Assembly (NCBI GenBank): GCA_945861645.1
Contig: CAMAVZ010000004.1
Coordinates: forward strand, 18,777 to 82,776
Direction: 5' to 3'
From: Opitutus sp. GAS368
GTDB taxonomy: Bacteria; Verrucomicrobiota; Verrucomicrobiia; Opitutales; Opitutaceae
DNA: 64,000 bases
Within the stretch, counting starts at the first letter, position 1. Every line of letters begins with the position of its first letter. A program made the translations under genes and the position numbers. The notes below the pieces were generated by a model that worked only from the letters and a program-made list of their open reading frames with translations, did no database searches and was not told where the DNA came from. This document shows positions 42,666 through 52,572 of this stretch, piece after piece.

Positions 42666-44039
42666 CTACAGCTTCAGCGGTTCGAGGCGGTAGCTGTCTT
42701 TGGCATCTTTCATATTCCAACCAGCAGCCGTCAGTTCCTGGCGAAAGGCATCAGCCCCCGCGAAGTCCTTGCTTTGCTTCGCGGCCCAGCGTTTCGCGGC
42801 AAGCGTCACGATAGCGGCCGGTACATCCACTGGCGGTAAATCGAGGGCATCTAACTGGAAGCCGAGCGCAAAAAGCACGCGATCAAAGGCGGCTAGATTA
42901 ACGCCGGCCGGACCACGATTCACAATCGTGAAGAGGGCGCCGAAGGCTCCGGGTATATTCAGATCATCAGCGAGCGCGGCAAAAATGGGGACGAAGATCG
43001 TCGTGGCCTCAGCCCTGCTGCGCCCGTCCAAGGCTGCGCGATAAGTGCGCAGGGTTTTGAGGGCGCTTTCGGCGGCGTGCAGCGAGTCGAGGGAAAAGCT
43101 TAATTGTTTACGGGGGTGCCCCATGAGCAAGGCGTAGCGGAGCGCCATCGGGGAAAATCCTTTGGCGACCAATTCATCGAGCGTGTAAAGGTTGCCGAGG
43201 CTCTTGCTCATTTTCTTGCCGTCGACTAAGAGGTGCTCGCTGTGATACCAATGATGCGAAAAGGGCGTGGCGTTGCAGCATTGGCTCTGGGCAATTTCAT
43301 TTTCGTGGTGAGGAAAGAGTAGATCCACTCCGCCGCTGTGCAGGTCGATCGTCTCGCCGAGATGTTTTTTACTCATCGCACTGCATTCGATGTGCCAGCC
43401 GGGGCGACCGCGCCCCCAGGGACTATCCCACGCATTGGTGCCATCCTCGAGTTTGTGCGCTTTCCATAACGCAAAATCACTGACGTCTTCTTTTTCATCG
43501 GCATCCGCCGCCATGGCCTTGAGCGCGCTCCCTGTTTGGAGCTCGCGTTCTTTGACGCGCGAAAGCGCGCCGTAAGCCTCGAAGGAGTTTACTTTAAAAT
43601 AAACCGACCCATCCGCCGCGCGATAAGCGTTACCTTTTTTCATGAGCACCGCGATCATATCCACTTGCTCGGGGATGTGCCCCGTGGCGGTCGGTTCCAC
43701 GTGGGGTGGTAAGCAATTCAAGCTCGCACAGTCGGCGTGAAATTTAGCGGTCCATTGTTGCGTAACGTCGGCGAGGGGGCGCTGTTCATCCCGGGCGCGC
43801 TTGATGGTTTTGTCATCAACGTCGGTTAAGTTCCGCACATGTTTTACTTTATTTGCCCCAAACTCCAACTCCAGCAGTCGGCGAATAATATCATTCACAA
43901 CAAAGGTGCGAAAATTTCCGATATGGGCCGGGGCATACACCGTTGGCCCGCAGTTATAGAAGCGAAAAATACCATCCGGTTGCGCGGGCCGGAGCTCGCG
44001 CAGGCTGCGGGTGAGGGAATCGTAAAGGCGGATCGGCAT
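42666..44039 (-). CDS. cysS: Cysteine--tRNA ligase
   Basis: CGPTVY, HIGN, DFALWK, GRPGWHIECS, FPHHENE and KMSKS. Confidence 0.97.
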   Translation of the reverse strand: MPIRLYDSLTRSLRELRPAQPDGIFRFYNCGPTVYAPAHIGNFRTFVVNDIIRRLLELEFGANKVKHVRNLTDVDDKTIKRARDEQRPLADVTQQWTAKFHADCASLNCLPPHVEPTATGHIPEQVDMIAVLMKKGNAYRAADGSVYFKVNSFEAYGALSRVKERELQTGSALKAMAADADEKEDVSDFALWKAHKLEDGTNAWDSPWGRGRPGWHIECSAMSKKHLGETIDLHSGGVDLLFPHHENEIAQSQCCNATPFSHHWYHSEHLLVDGKKMSKSLGNLYTLDELVAKGFSPMALRYALLMGHPRKQLSFSLDSLHAAESALKTLRTYRAALDGRSRAEATTIFVPIFAALADDLNIPGAFGALFTIVNRGPAGVNLAAFDRVLFALGFQLDALDLPPVDVPAAIVTLAAKRWAAKQSKDFAGADAFRQELTAAGWNMKDAKDSYRLEPLKL

Positions 44040-44300
44040 GCAGCAGGCTAAGTTGCGTCCAACAGGCGCAAAAAGTGTAAAATGATCAATCTCGGATTAC
44101 CTCACTAGCTAGAATCAGCTGCCGCGGGACCCGAATGGCGCAGTGCGCATCGGACAAATTTTGTGCAGAAAAGCGGCGAGCGTAAATCTGCTCTACCCGC
44201 TCGCAGAGAGTATTAGGCCGGCGCGGCGGATAGTCTGAGCCGTAAAAGATTAGCGTGAAATAATGCCAATTAGTGGTTTAGTCTTAGTCTTTCTCTCGCC

Positions 44301-45314
44301 ATGGCCAAAAAATCCAAACTTGCTTTAACGCATCGTCCTCGTCGTCTCCGTCGGCAGCCGACGCGACGTGCGCTCGTCGCCGAGACGGTGCTGCGCGTGG
44401 ATGATCTCATCGCTCCTTTATTTGTGGTGGAGGGGAAAGGGCGGCCTCAGCCCATTGCCTCGATGCCGGGGGTTAACCGGTTTAATCTGGTTGATCTCGT
44501 GCAGGAATGCGCGGAATTGCACGCCTTAGGCGTGCCGGCCGTAGCGCTATTCCCTAAGCTAGAGGCTGCGCTTAAAGATGCGACGGGCACCCAAGCGTTG
44601 AATAAAAATACGCTTATTCTTCGCGCTGTGCGTGCGGTGAAAAAAGCACTACCGACCTTAACCGTGATCACCGACGTGGCGCTCGATCCGTATACGAATC
44701 ATGGGCACGATGGCGTGCTCACCGCCCAGCAGGATGATGTGGATAACGATCGGACCGTAGGAATTCTTTGCCGCATGGCGGTCCTGCAGGCCGCGGCGGG
44801 GGTGGATTTCGTGGCGCCCTCTGACATGATGGACGGGCGGGTCGGCGCGATCCGCCAAGCGCTCGATGCGGCCGGCTATACGAGCACGGGCATTCTGGCT
44901 TATTCCGCTAAATATAATTCAGCCTATTACGGGCCCTTTCGTGATGCGGTCGGCAGCGCCCAGGCCGCGGGTACGCGTTTACTGAGCAAGGCGACCTACC
45001 AGATGAATCCGGCGAATCGTCGCGAGGCTCTCAGTGAAGTGGCTCTCGATGAAAGCGAAGGGGCGGATATCGTCATGATTAAACCGGCGGGCCCCTACCT
45101 CGATATTATCCGGGAGGTGCGTAATGCTTCAAAAAAACCGATCGCGGCGTATCAAGTATCGGGCGAATACGCGCAAATTCATGCCGCGGCACGGCTCGGC
45201 TGGCTCGATCTCGTGCGTTGTCGTGATGAATCGTTGTTGGCCATCAAGCGGGCGGGGGCGGACATGATTTTAACTTATTTCGCGAAGGATGTAGCAAAGG
45301 CCTTGGCGAAGTGA
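44301..45314 (+). CDS. hemB: Porphobilinogen synthase (ALA dehydratase), Asp-rich non-Zn type
   Basis: DVALDPYT.HGHDG, PSDMMDGR, YGPFRDA, MIKP and AYQVSGEY. Confidence 0.97.
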   Translation: MAKKSKLALTHRPRRLRRQPTRRALVAETVLRVDDLIAPLFVVEGKGRPQPIASMPGVNRFNLVDLVQECAELHALGVPAVALFPKLEAALKDATGTQALNKNTLILRAVRAVKKALPTLTVITDVALDPYTNHGHDGVLTAQQDDVDNDRTVGILCRMAVLQAAAGVDFVAPSDMMDGRVGAIRQALDAAGYTSTGILAYSAKYNSAYYGPFRDAVGSAQAAGTRLLSKATYQMNPANRREALSEVALDESEGADIVMIKPAGPYLDIIREVRNASKKPIAAYQVSGEYAQIHAAARLGWLDLVRCRDESLLAIKRAGADMILTYFAKDVAKALAK

Positions 45315-45401
45315 CGCCAAGCCGAGGCGCTTTTTATTGGATGCTTCGCGTTAGCGGCCAAGTGAATCCCCGCGCAGTACAGCGGGGGATCTGCGCTGCC
45401 C

Positions 45402-46850
45402 TTAGCGCAGCTTGCTGTGCTGGCGACTATAGCCGAAGTACACCATGAAACCGAGGGCCAGCCAAATCGATAGATTGAGCCAAGTGATGGTGGGTAGCGC
45501 GAACATTTGGGCGATGCAGATCACAATACCTAAGATGGGCACAAAAGGCACCCAGGGTGTCCGAAATGAGCGCGCGGCCTGGGGTTCGGTGCGGCGGAGG
45601 ACCAGCACGCCGGCGCAGACGAGGGCAAAGGCCAGTAACGTCCCGATCGAGATCAGTTCGCCCAGAAGGTTCAGGGGAAATAAACCTGAAATAATCGCGC
45701 ACGCGATACCGGTGATCCACGTGGTTACGTGGGGGGTGCCGTGTTTTGGATGGATCTTCGCAAAGGTCGCGGGGAGGAGTCCATCCTTGGCCATCGCAAA
45801 GAAAATGCGGGGTTGGCCGAGGAGGGAGACCAGAATGACGGACGTAAGGCCCGCGAGCGTGGCTGCTTCGATTAAGTAGCGAAAGAAAGCGGGCGCTTGG
45901 ACCTGCTGCAGGGCGTAGATGAAGGGGGCGTCGACGTTGAGCTTGGAGTAGTGCACGAGTCCGGTGAGCACCAACGATACCGCAATGAAGAGAAAAGAAA
46001 CGATGAGCAGGGTTCCGAGTAAGCCAATTGGAAGATCACGTTGCGGATTTTTTGTCTCCTGGGCGGCGGAGGAAACGCAGTCAAAGCCCACGTAAGCAAA
46101 AAAGATCGCCCCGGCGCCGCGGAAGATGCCACTCCAGCCATGTTCGCCGAAGACGCCGGAATTTGCGGGGATAAAAGGAGACCAGTTGGCGCGGACCAGT
46201 TCGCGGTGTCCGCTGAAATACCAAATCCCGTATCCAATTAACGCGAGCAGGACCCCGACCTTGATCAGCACCATCAGATTATTGAAATTGGCCGATGCTT
46301 TGATCCCGATATAAAGGACGTAGGTTAGGACGAGTGAGATAAAAACGGCGGGAAAATTAATTAACGCCCCCGTGGTTACGAGCTTGCCGTTGACCACGTC
46401 AAGCGGGGCGCTGGCGATGCTCGACGGCAGCACCAGATTAAATTCTGCCAGGATGTGACGCGTCGCGCCGGACCAACTGACCGCCACCGCGGCGCCCGAA
46501 AAAAGATATTCTAAAATTAGGCACCAGCCGACGATCCAGGCAAAGATTTCACCTAAGCTGCCGTAAGCATAGGTGTACGCGCTCCCCGAGACGGGGATCA
46601 TTGCGGCCAGTTCAGCGTAGCAAAGTCCGGCCAAGAGGCAGGCGAGGCCGGAGATGACGAAAGAAATGGCGATAGCCGGGCCGCCGTAGAGAGCGGCCGC
46701 CTGGCCCGTTTGCACAAAAATACCGGCGCCCACCACGGAGCCGATGCCCAAGCTAACCAGGCTGAGTGGCCCTAAGGTGCGTTTATAGCCGTGATCAGCC
46801 GCGGCTTCGGCTTGCAGGGCCGCGAGGCTTTTAGTCCGCAGCAGGCTCAC
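45402..46850 (-). CDS. APC superfamily amino acid permease (CAT/YfnA-like), copy 2
   Basis: GAGIFV, CYAELAAMIPVSGSAY, FFAYVGFD and GQPRIFFAMAKDGLLP. Confidence 0.92.
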   Translation of the reverse strand: MSLLRTKSLAALQAEAAADHGYKRTLGPLSLVSLGIGSVVGAGIFVQTGQAAALYGGPAIAISFVISGLACLLAGLCYAELAAMIPVSGSAYTYAYGSLGEIFAWIVGWCLILEYLFSGAAVAVSWSGATRHILAEFNLVLPSSIASAPLDVVNGKLVTTGALINFPAVFISLVLTYVLYIGIKASANFNNLMVLIKVGVLLALIGYGIWYFSGHRELVRANWSPFIPANSGVFGEHGWSGIFRGAGAIFFAYVGFDCVSSAAQETKNPQRDLPIGLLGTLLIVSFLFIAVSLVLTGLVHYSKLNVDAPFIYALQQVQAPAFFRYLIEAATLAGLTSVILVSLLGQPRIFFAMAKDGLLPATFAKIHPKHGTPHVTTWITGIACAIISGLFPLNLLGELISIGTLLAFALVCAGVLVLRRTEPQAARSFRTPWVPFVPILGIVICIAQMFALPTITWLNLSIWLALGFMVYFGYSRQHSKLR

Positions 46851-46851
46851 G

Positions 46852-48312
46852 TTATCGGCCCGATTTGTTCAGTTTGCTGTGGTGGCGACTGTAACCGAAG
46901 TAAATCGCGATGCCGATCGCCATCCAGATGGCCAGCCGCCACCAAGTGTCAGCGGGCAGGGCATACATTTGCAGCAAGCAAATACCCGCGCCGAGGATGG
47001 GCACGAGCGGCACCCACGGGGTCCGGAACGGCCGCGGGGCATCGGGCCGAGTTTTGCGCAGCACGATGATGCTGATGCAGACGATGACAAAAGCGAAGAG
47101 CGTTCCGATCGAGACCATTTCCCCGAGGATGGAAAGCGGCATCAGCCCACCGAGAATCGCAGAAAGTACGCCGGTTATGATCGTGGTCACATAAGGGGTC
47201 TTAAAGCGTGGGTGCACCTTGGCAAAGAACGCGGGGAGTAGGCCATCATTAGCCATCGAGAAGAAAATGCGGGGTTGGCCCATGAGCATGACCAAGATAA
47301 CCGAGCTCAGGCCCGCGATGGCCGCGATTTCCACCACAAAGCGAAGGGCAAATGGGGCGCCGGCGGCTTGCAGGGCATTCACGACGGGGGCGGCGTTATT
47401 TAGCTCCGTATATTTCGACATACCCGTTAAGATGACCGAGATCGTGATGAAGAGCACGGTGCAGATGAGCAAAGAGCCGACGATGCCCATGGGCATATCT
47501 TTCTGCGGATTCTTGGCCTCCTGCGCCGCCGTCGAGACGGCATCGAAGCCGATGTAGGCGAAGAAAATAACGGCCGCGCCTTTAAAAATTCCACTCCAAC
47601 CGAATTCACCGTAAGTCCCTGTGTTGGCGGGAATGAAAGGGGTCCAATTTTTTACGGCTAGGTCGTGGTGGCCGAGGAGATACCAAATACCAAAGCCGAT
47701 AATGGCCAACAGTATAGACACCTTAGTGACGACCATGTAATTATTAAAGGTGGCTGATTCTTTGATGCCAATCACCAAAAGCCAAGTCAGCACGGCAATG
47801 ATCCCGACGGCGGGAAGATTGACGAGGTGGCCGGTGCTGACGAGCTGGCCGTTGACATAATCGAAAGGCGCTTGGGTCAAATGGGCTGGCAGGATGATAT
47901 TAAATTCCTTTAAAAAAGCGACGAGGTGGCCGGACCAGCCGACGGCGACGGTGGGAGCCACAAAAAGATATTCCAGGATTAAATCCCAGCCAATGATCCA
48001 AGCGAAAAATTCGCCGAGGGTCGCGTAAGAATAGGTGTAGGCGCTGCCGGAGATCGGAATCATGGCGGCAAATTCTGCGTAGCAAAGTCCGGCAAACAAA
48101 CAGCCGAGCCCTGAGATCACAAAAGAAATGGCGATAGCTGGACCCGCATATTGCGCGGCCGCTTGACCGGTGAGGACGAAAATTCCAGCGCCAATAATTG
48201 CGCCGATGCCAAGGCTAACGAGATTCATCCGCGAGAGGCTGCGGCGAAGGCCGACATCCGCCGCGGCTTCTTTTTGGAGGGACTCGATCGATTTAGTTTG
48301 GAACAGACTCAT
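46852..48312 (-). CDS. APC superfamily amino acid permease (CAT/YfnA-like), copy 1
   Basis: GAIIGAGIFVLTG, CYAEFA, FFAYIGFDAVST and GQPRIFF. Confidence 0.93.
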   Translation of the reverse strand: MSLFQTKSIESLQKEAAADVGLRRSLSRMNLVSLGIGAIIGAGIFVLTGQAAAQYAGPAIAISFVISGLGCLFAGLCYAEFAAMIPISGSAYTYSYATLGEFFAWIIGWDLILEYLFVAPTVAVGWSGHLVAFLKEFNIILPAHLTQAPFDYVNGQLVSTGHLVNLPAVGIIAVLTWLLVIGIKESATFNNYMVVTKVSILLAIIGFGIWYLLGHHDLAVKNWTPFIPANTGTYGEFGWSGIFKGAAVIFFAYIGFDAVSTAAQEAKNPQKDMPMGIVGSLLICTVLFITISVILTGMSKYTELNNAAPVVNALQAAGAPFALRFVVEIAAIAGLSSVILVMLMGQPRIFFSMANDGLLPAFFAKVHPRFKTPYVTTIITGVLSAILGGLMPLSILGEMVSIGTLFAFVIVCISIIVLRKTRPDAPRPFRTPWVPLVPILGAGICLLQMYALPADTWWRLAIWMAIGIAIYFGYSRHHSKLNKSGR

Positions 48313-48361
48313 GGGGTAGTGGGTTAATTTTCAGCCGAAGATTTAGGCGAATAAGTTTAAA

Positions 48362-48967
48362 TTAGAAGGCTGAGCGGGGAACTTGAATCGAATCCCCGGG
48401 AAAGAGCAGGGGGTCTTGCTCGGGTTGGCGTTGGGCCAGTTGCACATCAAAATCAGCCGCTTTACGATCGCGCGTGAGGGTCACGCGCGATTCTTTCGCG
48501 TAGAGCGTGAATCCGCCGGCTGATTGCACCGCTTTCGCGAGCGTGAGGTCAGGTGACCAGATAATCCGGCCCGGCCGCTGCACCTCCCCGCCGATGTAAA
48601 TATAGCGTTCGGTAACGTTTACTGAGACGTCGAGGGCTTGATAGAATTTTTTGTTAATGTAGGCGTCGCGAATGCCCTGGGATAGTTCGGAGGCGGTTAG
48701 CCCAGCTGCGGTGATGGCCCCGATGTACTGCAGGCGGATGCTACCTTGTTCGTCAATTTGGACATTGTTGTTGCTGGGCTCGGGAATGCCGAGCAGCGAG
48801 ACCAGCATGGTGTCACCCGGCCGCAATTGGGCCGAAAGGATGGGCGCGGCTATCTTGGGATTGCCGAGCCGAGCGCTGGTCTCTGGGCTGGGCCCAGCGG
48901 TTGCGCAGCCTCCCACCGCCAAGGTGAGGAGAAATAACGGAAGGCGTTTCCAGCAAAGCGGCGGCAT
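48362..48967 (-). CDS. Polysaccharide export (Wza-like Poly_export + SLBB) lipoprotein
   Basis: Lipobox LAVGGC, LRPGD, IDEQG.I.L.YIG, GEVQRPG, AGGFT and L.PGDSI.VP. Confidence 0.85.
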   Translation of the reverse strand: MPPLCWKRLPLFLLTLAVGGCATAGPSPETSARLGNPKIAAPILSAQLRPGDTMLVSLLGIPEPSNNNVQIDEQGSIRLQYIGAITAAGLTASELSQGIRDAYINKKFYQALDVSVNVTERYIYIGGEVQRPGRIIWSPDLTLAKAVQSAGGFTLYAKESRVTLTRDRKAADFDVQLAQRQPEQDPLLFPGDSIQVPRSAF

Positions 48968-49077
48968 GCGTGAAACGTAACTGATTGATCGCCCTCGGTG
49001 TGGCAACAAACCTTTTAGTTGGGCTGACCCTAAGATGATCAGAGTGAGATTTCCTCGGTGGGGGTCACTCGACTAGA

Positions 49078-49842
49078 TTAACCCCGGCTACGTTTACCGC
49101 GGCTAGGTTTTTCCTCGGCATCGTCGCCGTCATCGTCCTCAGAATCTTTATCTTCTTTTTCCGGCTTGGCCTCGCCTTCTTCCTCATCGTCATCCCATTT
49201 CAGCGAGGCGTCGCCCTTGAGCTTAGCTTCTTCGCCTTCTTCCACCTCAGGGAGATCATCATCCTCATCTTCCGCGGAACGCTTTTGGGTTTCGTCTTCA
49301 TCATCGCCGTGGCCGGCCGGCATGAAATCGAGGATGGCCGTGATTTCCTGAAACAGATGGACGGCTTTGCCCTCGATGAAATCATTATTTTGAGCTTCGC
49401 GGAGTTGGTCTTCCACCTCGTCGATGGTGAGTTTCTCTTCAAAATTGAGGAGATCGTTGAGCAGCTTAACGCGGAGGCGGGTAATGTGGTCGAGAAAATC
49501 GGCGTAGGGCCCATTTTCTTCATCGATCACATCGGGCAGGGCAAAAAGTTTTTCTTCGGACTCGAGTAAAGGTTGTTTGGTCCGAGCGAGCCGGACGCGG
49601 CCTTTGCCGAGATCCTTGTTAATGCGAAAGGGAATGAAGGCGCGTTCGAAAAGATTGGCGTCGAAGCCGTATTCGCGGAGCGGTTCAACCAGCTCAATAA
49701 TATGATCCACTTGCCGGGGATCGATAATGCTGAGGCCGTCTACGTCCCAGTGGACGGGATCACTCGTTTCCCCGACCCACCAATTATGGTCTTCGCCGAG
49801 CCGGACAATGCACCATTCAAGAAGAGGAGTTCCTTTCGCCAT
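49078..49842 (-). CDS. Hypothetical protein with a highly acidic C-terminal tail
   Basis: Long ORF with a globular-looking N-terminal part and a D/E-rich tail ending in basic residues. Confidence 0.75.
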   Translation of the reverse strand: MAKGTPLLEWCIVRLGEDHNWWVGETSDPVHWDVDGLSIIDPRQVDHIIELVEPLREYGFDANLFERAFIPFRINKDLGKGRVRLARTKQPLLESEEKLFALPDVIDEENGPYADFLDHITRLRVKLLNDLLNFEEKLTIDEVEDQLREAQNNDFIEGKAVHLFQEITAILDFMPAGHGDDEDETQKRSAEDEDDDLPEVEEGEEAKLKGDASLKWDDDEEEGEAKPEKEDKDSEDDDGDDAEEKPSRGKRSRG

Positions 49843-50054
49843 ATAGTTAGAATTCGCTGCACGAAAACGGTTCGGTTCCATCCTTGTCAAATCTTGAAAC
49901 GCATAATCGCATAAATTCTTTTACCGCCGTGCTCGTAAAGAAATTTTTGGCGGCAGGGTGGGCCGGGGGGCTGAAATAACAAGATCAAAGATTTTGCCCC
50001 CGGGTCGCCGGCGCGCGCTTGTAACTTAGCGCATCAATGCCAGCGTTTTCGCCC

Positions 50055-51116
50055 ATGGGTTGGCTTTATCAAAACGCGATCAAACCAGCGCTCTTCTGCC
50101 TCGATGCAGAGCAGGCGCACGAGCTGAGCGTGCATGCGCTCGCCTTACTGGGGCGGGTGCGTCCGCTTTGTGCTGCCCTCGAGCGGCTCCACCAACTGCC
50201 CGCGGCGGCCTATCGACCGATTGATTTCTGTGGGCTGCAATTTCCTAACGCCGTTGGCCTGGCCGCCGGTTTTGACAAGAATGGCTGGGCTTGGCCCGCG
50301 GCGGCTGCTTTGGGCTTTGGGCATGTGGAAATCGGGACGGTTACGTGGCACGCGCAGCCGGGTAATCCGCGACCCCGGGCTTTTCGCTACCCCGCCGAGG
50401 GCGCCGTGATCAATCGTATGGGTTTCAATAATGCGGGAGCGGCCGCCTTGGCGGCGCGGCTGGCTCGATTGCCGGGGCCCGGCCAACGACCAATTCCGCT
50501 CGGGATTAATTTAGGTAAAAGTAAAGTAGCCACGCTCGATCAAGCGACCGAAGATTATCTCGGTAGCTTTCGCTTACTTGCCGATCACGCCGATTACCTC
50601 GTCGTTAATGTAAGTAGCCCGAACACTCCAGGGCTGCGCGAATTGCAGGATGCAGCTTGGCTGAAACCGTTGCTCGCGGCGCTGGTGGCCGAGAATCAAG
50701 GGCGCGGCGCGGCGGGTAAAATGCGGCGCCCCTTGTTGCTGAAGATCGCGCCGGATCTCACTTTTTCGCAAATCGATGCCGCTTTGGGCGTGATCGATGA
50801 GCTGAAGCTGGATGGTATCATTGCGACCAACACCACGCTGGCGCGACCCGGCGCACTCGCCACGGTTAACCAAGCGGGCGGGCTGAGCGGGTGGCCGGTA
50901 CGGTCGCGCTCCACCGAGATTATTAATTATATCGCGCGGACCACGCAGGGACGTCTGCCCATCATCGGGGTGGGTGGCATCATGGACGAGGTCTCGGCCG
51001 GCGAAAAAATGGATGCAGGGGCGTCGTTAGTGCAGCTTTATACTGGTTTGATTTACCGCGGGCCATTTTTTGCCGCGGAAGTGGCCCGCGCCCTAGCGGA
51101 ACGGCAGCGAAAGTAA
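50055..51116 (+). CDS. pyrD: Quinone-dependent dihydroorotate dehydrogenase (class 2)
   Basis: GLAAGFDKN, INRMGFNN, NVSSPNTPGLR, KIAPDL and GGLSG. Confidence 0.96.
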   Translation: MGWLYQNAIKPALFCLDAEQAHELSVHALALLGRVRPLCAALERLHQLPAAAYRPIDFCGLQFPNAVGLAAGFDKNGWAWPAAAALGFGHVEIGTVTWHAQPGNPRPRAFRYPAEGAVINRMGFNNAGAAALAARLARLPGPGQRPIPLGINLGKSKVATLDQATEDYLGSFRLLADHADYLVVNVSSPNTPGLRELQDAAWLKPLLAALVAENQGRGAAGKMRRPLLLKIAPDLTFSQIDAALGVIDELKLDGIIATNTTLARPGALATVNQAGGLSGWPVRSRSTEIINYIARTTQGRLPIIGVGGIMDEVSAGEKMDAGASLVQLYTGLIYRGPFFAAEVARALAERQRK

Positions 51117-51196
51117 GCTGTTCTTCGTCGGTCCGGCGGTTCCGCGCCGGTGTGCGCGATCAATTTTTTGGTTCTTAAAACCGAAAGGCCCCGCCA

Positions 51197-52114
51197 TTAA
51201 ATCATCCAATCGCTGGCATCCACGCCGAGCGGATCTTTTTTCTGGCGGGGACGAATCACGAGATCTTCACCTTTATAATAAGCGATGCTGTGCGCCGGGA
51301 CAGATTCGAGTAGCCAAACATTGCCGCCGATCACCGTATGCGCCCCGATGCGCGTGTCGCCGCCGAGGATCGTGGCATGCGCATAGATGGTCACATGATC
51401 TTCAATGTCGGGATGGCGCTTGCCGCCTTTGATGGGGAGACCGGCACCATCGACCTCGAATGATTTGGCGCCCAGGGTTACTCCTTGATAAAGTTTTACG
51501 TGGTGCCCGATGGTCGCAGTCTCGCCGATGACGACCCCCGCACAGTGGTCGATAAAAAAATGTGTAGCGATTTGGGCGCCCGGATGAATATCCACTCCCG
51601 TGCGCTCGTGCCCGTATTCGGTGAGCATGCGGGGCAGCAGCGGGACTTGCAGTTGATAGAGTTCATGCGCAATGCGCTGGAGGGAGATGGCGAGGACGCA
51701 CGGGTAGGCGACAATGATTTCTTCTACGCTGCGAGCGGCGGGGTCGCCTTCGTAGGCCGCGGTGACGTCCGTTTGCACGACGCGGCGGATTGCGGGTAAT
51801 TGGGTCAGGAGATCGGTGGCGATCCGCCGGGCGCTGCTGGTGGGGTCAGCATCACGCGAGAAGCGCAGGCTTTTTTCTAATTCCGTGGTTAGGCGCTGGT
51901 CGATCTTGGCCAAGAGACGATCCAACCAGGCCGGGACATCTTTTTGGGCTAAGCTGCTTTGTTCGAAATAACCGGGAAACAGCAGATGCATAAAATCACG
52001 GGCCAACTCCGCCACGCTGTCTTGGGATGGCAAGTTGACTCCATCGAGATGGTTGATGCCCCCATCTCGCGCATAAGATTCCAGCAGGGCTTGTTTAATC
52101 GAGTGGGGGTTCAT
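51197..52114 (-). CDS. cysE: Serine O-acetyltransferase (EpsC/CysE type)
   Basis: GDPAA, DIHPGA, FFIDH.GVVIGET, YQGVTLG and KRHP. Confidence 0.9.
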   Translation of the reverse strand: MNPHSIKQALLESYARDGGINHLDGVNLPSQDSVAELARDFMHLLFPGYFEQSSLAQKDVPAWLDRLLAKIDQRLTTELEKSLRFSRDADPTSSARRIATDLLTQLPAIRRVVQTDVTAAYEGDPAARSVEEIIVAYPCVLAISLQRIAHELYQLQVPLLPRMLTEYGHERTGVDIHPGAQIATHFFIDHCAGVVIGETATIGHHVKLYQGVTLGAKSFEVDGAGLPIKGGKRHPDIEDHVTIYAHATILGGDTRIGAHTVIGGNVWLLESVPAHSIAYYKGEDLVIRPRQKKDPLGVDASDWMI

Positions 52115-52303
52115 GGCTGAAAGGCGTTAAACACTATCAGGCGATTTAATCCACCGGTCAAATGTGTTGGGGCGGATCTTCGTCATATCTAGCCCAGCGA
52201 CTGGCCGGTGTGATCTTCGCCGTAAAGAATCAAAGCCCCCGCTGAGCGTGATAGCTTCTACTGGAAAATGTTTACAGATGCCGATTTCCTCATCGAGGAA
52301 AAG

Positions 52304-52388
52304 TGGTGCTCGGGACAGGACTCGAACCTGCACGCCTTACGGCACACGCACCTCAAACGTGTGTGTCTACCAATTCCACCACCCGAGC
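52304..52388 (-). tRNA. tRNA-Leu(GAG)
   Basis: GCTCGGG...TGGAATTGGTAGAC, anticodon arm CACGT-TTGAGGT-GCGTG, long variable arm, GGTTCGAGTCC, and ...CCCGAGC-A-CCA; 85 nt. Confidence 0.96.
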
Positions 52389-52572
52389 GTTCCAACTCTG
52401 GAAGGGTGAGATAGGTAAATCCATTCCGGCTTGTAAAGCCCCGAAATGCGCTTGCTTCGAGGTTTCTTCTATGGGCAAACTAGGTACTTCTCGCACATCT
52501 GACCTGATGCTGCGGATCACCAAGCACACCTCCGCAATTACACGGGTTAACTACGCCCGTTTTCCGCCCTTC

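Noticed and set aside
44040-44300. Riboswitch or ncRNA between cysS and hemB
   Set aside because: Only a short GCGAGCG/CGCTCGC stem; no T-box or riboswitch consensus recognised.
52115-52388. tRNA-Leu as an integration site for an island
   Set aside because: No integrase and no duplicated tRNA 3' end were seen, and the flanks are housekeeping genes.
52303-52572. N-terminal extension of the 729-aa ORF
   Set aside because: It overlaps tRNA-Leu on the opposite strand; ATG 52573 is the more plausible start.
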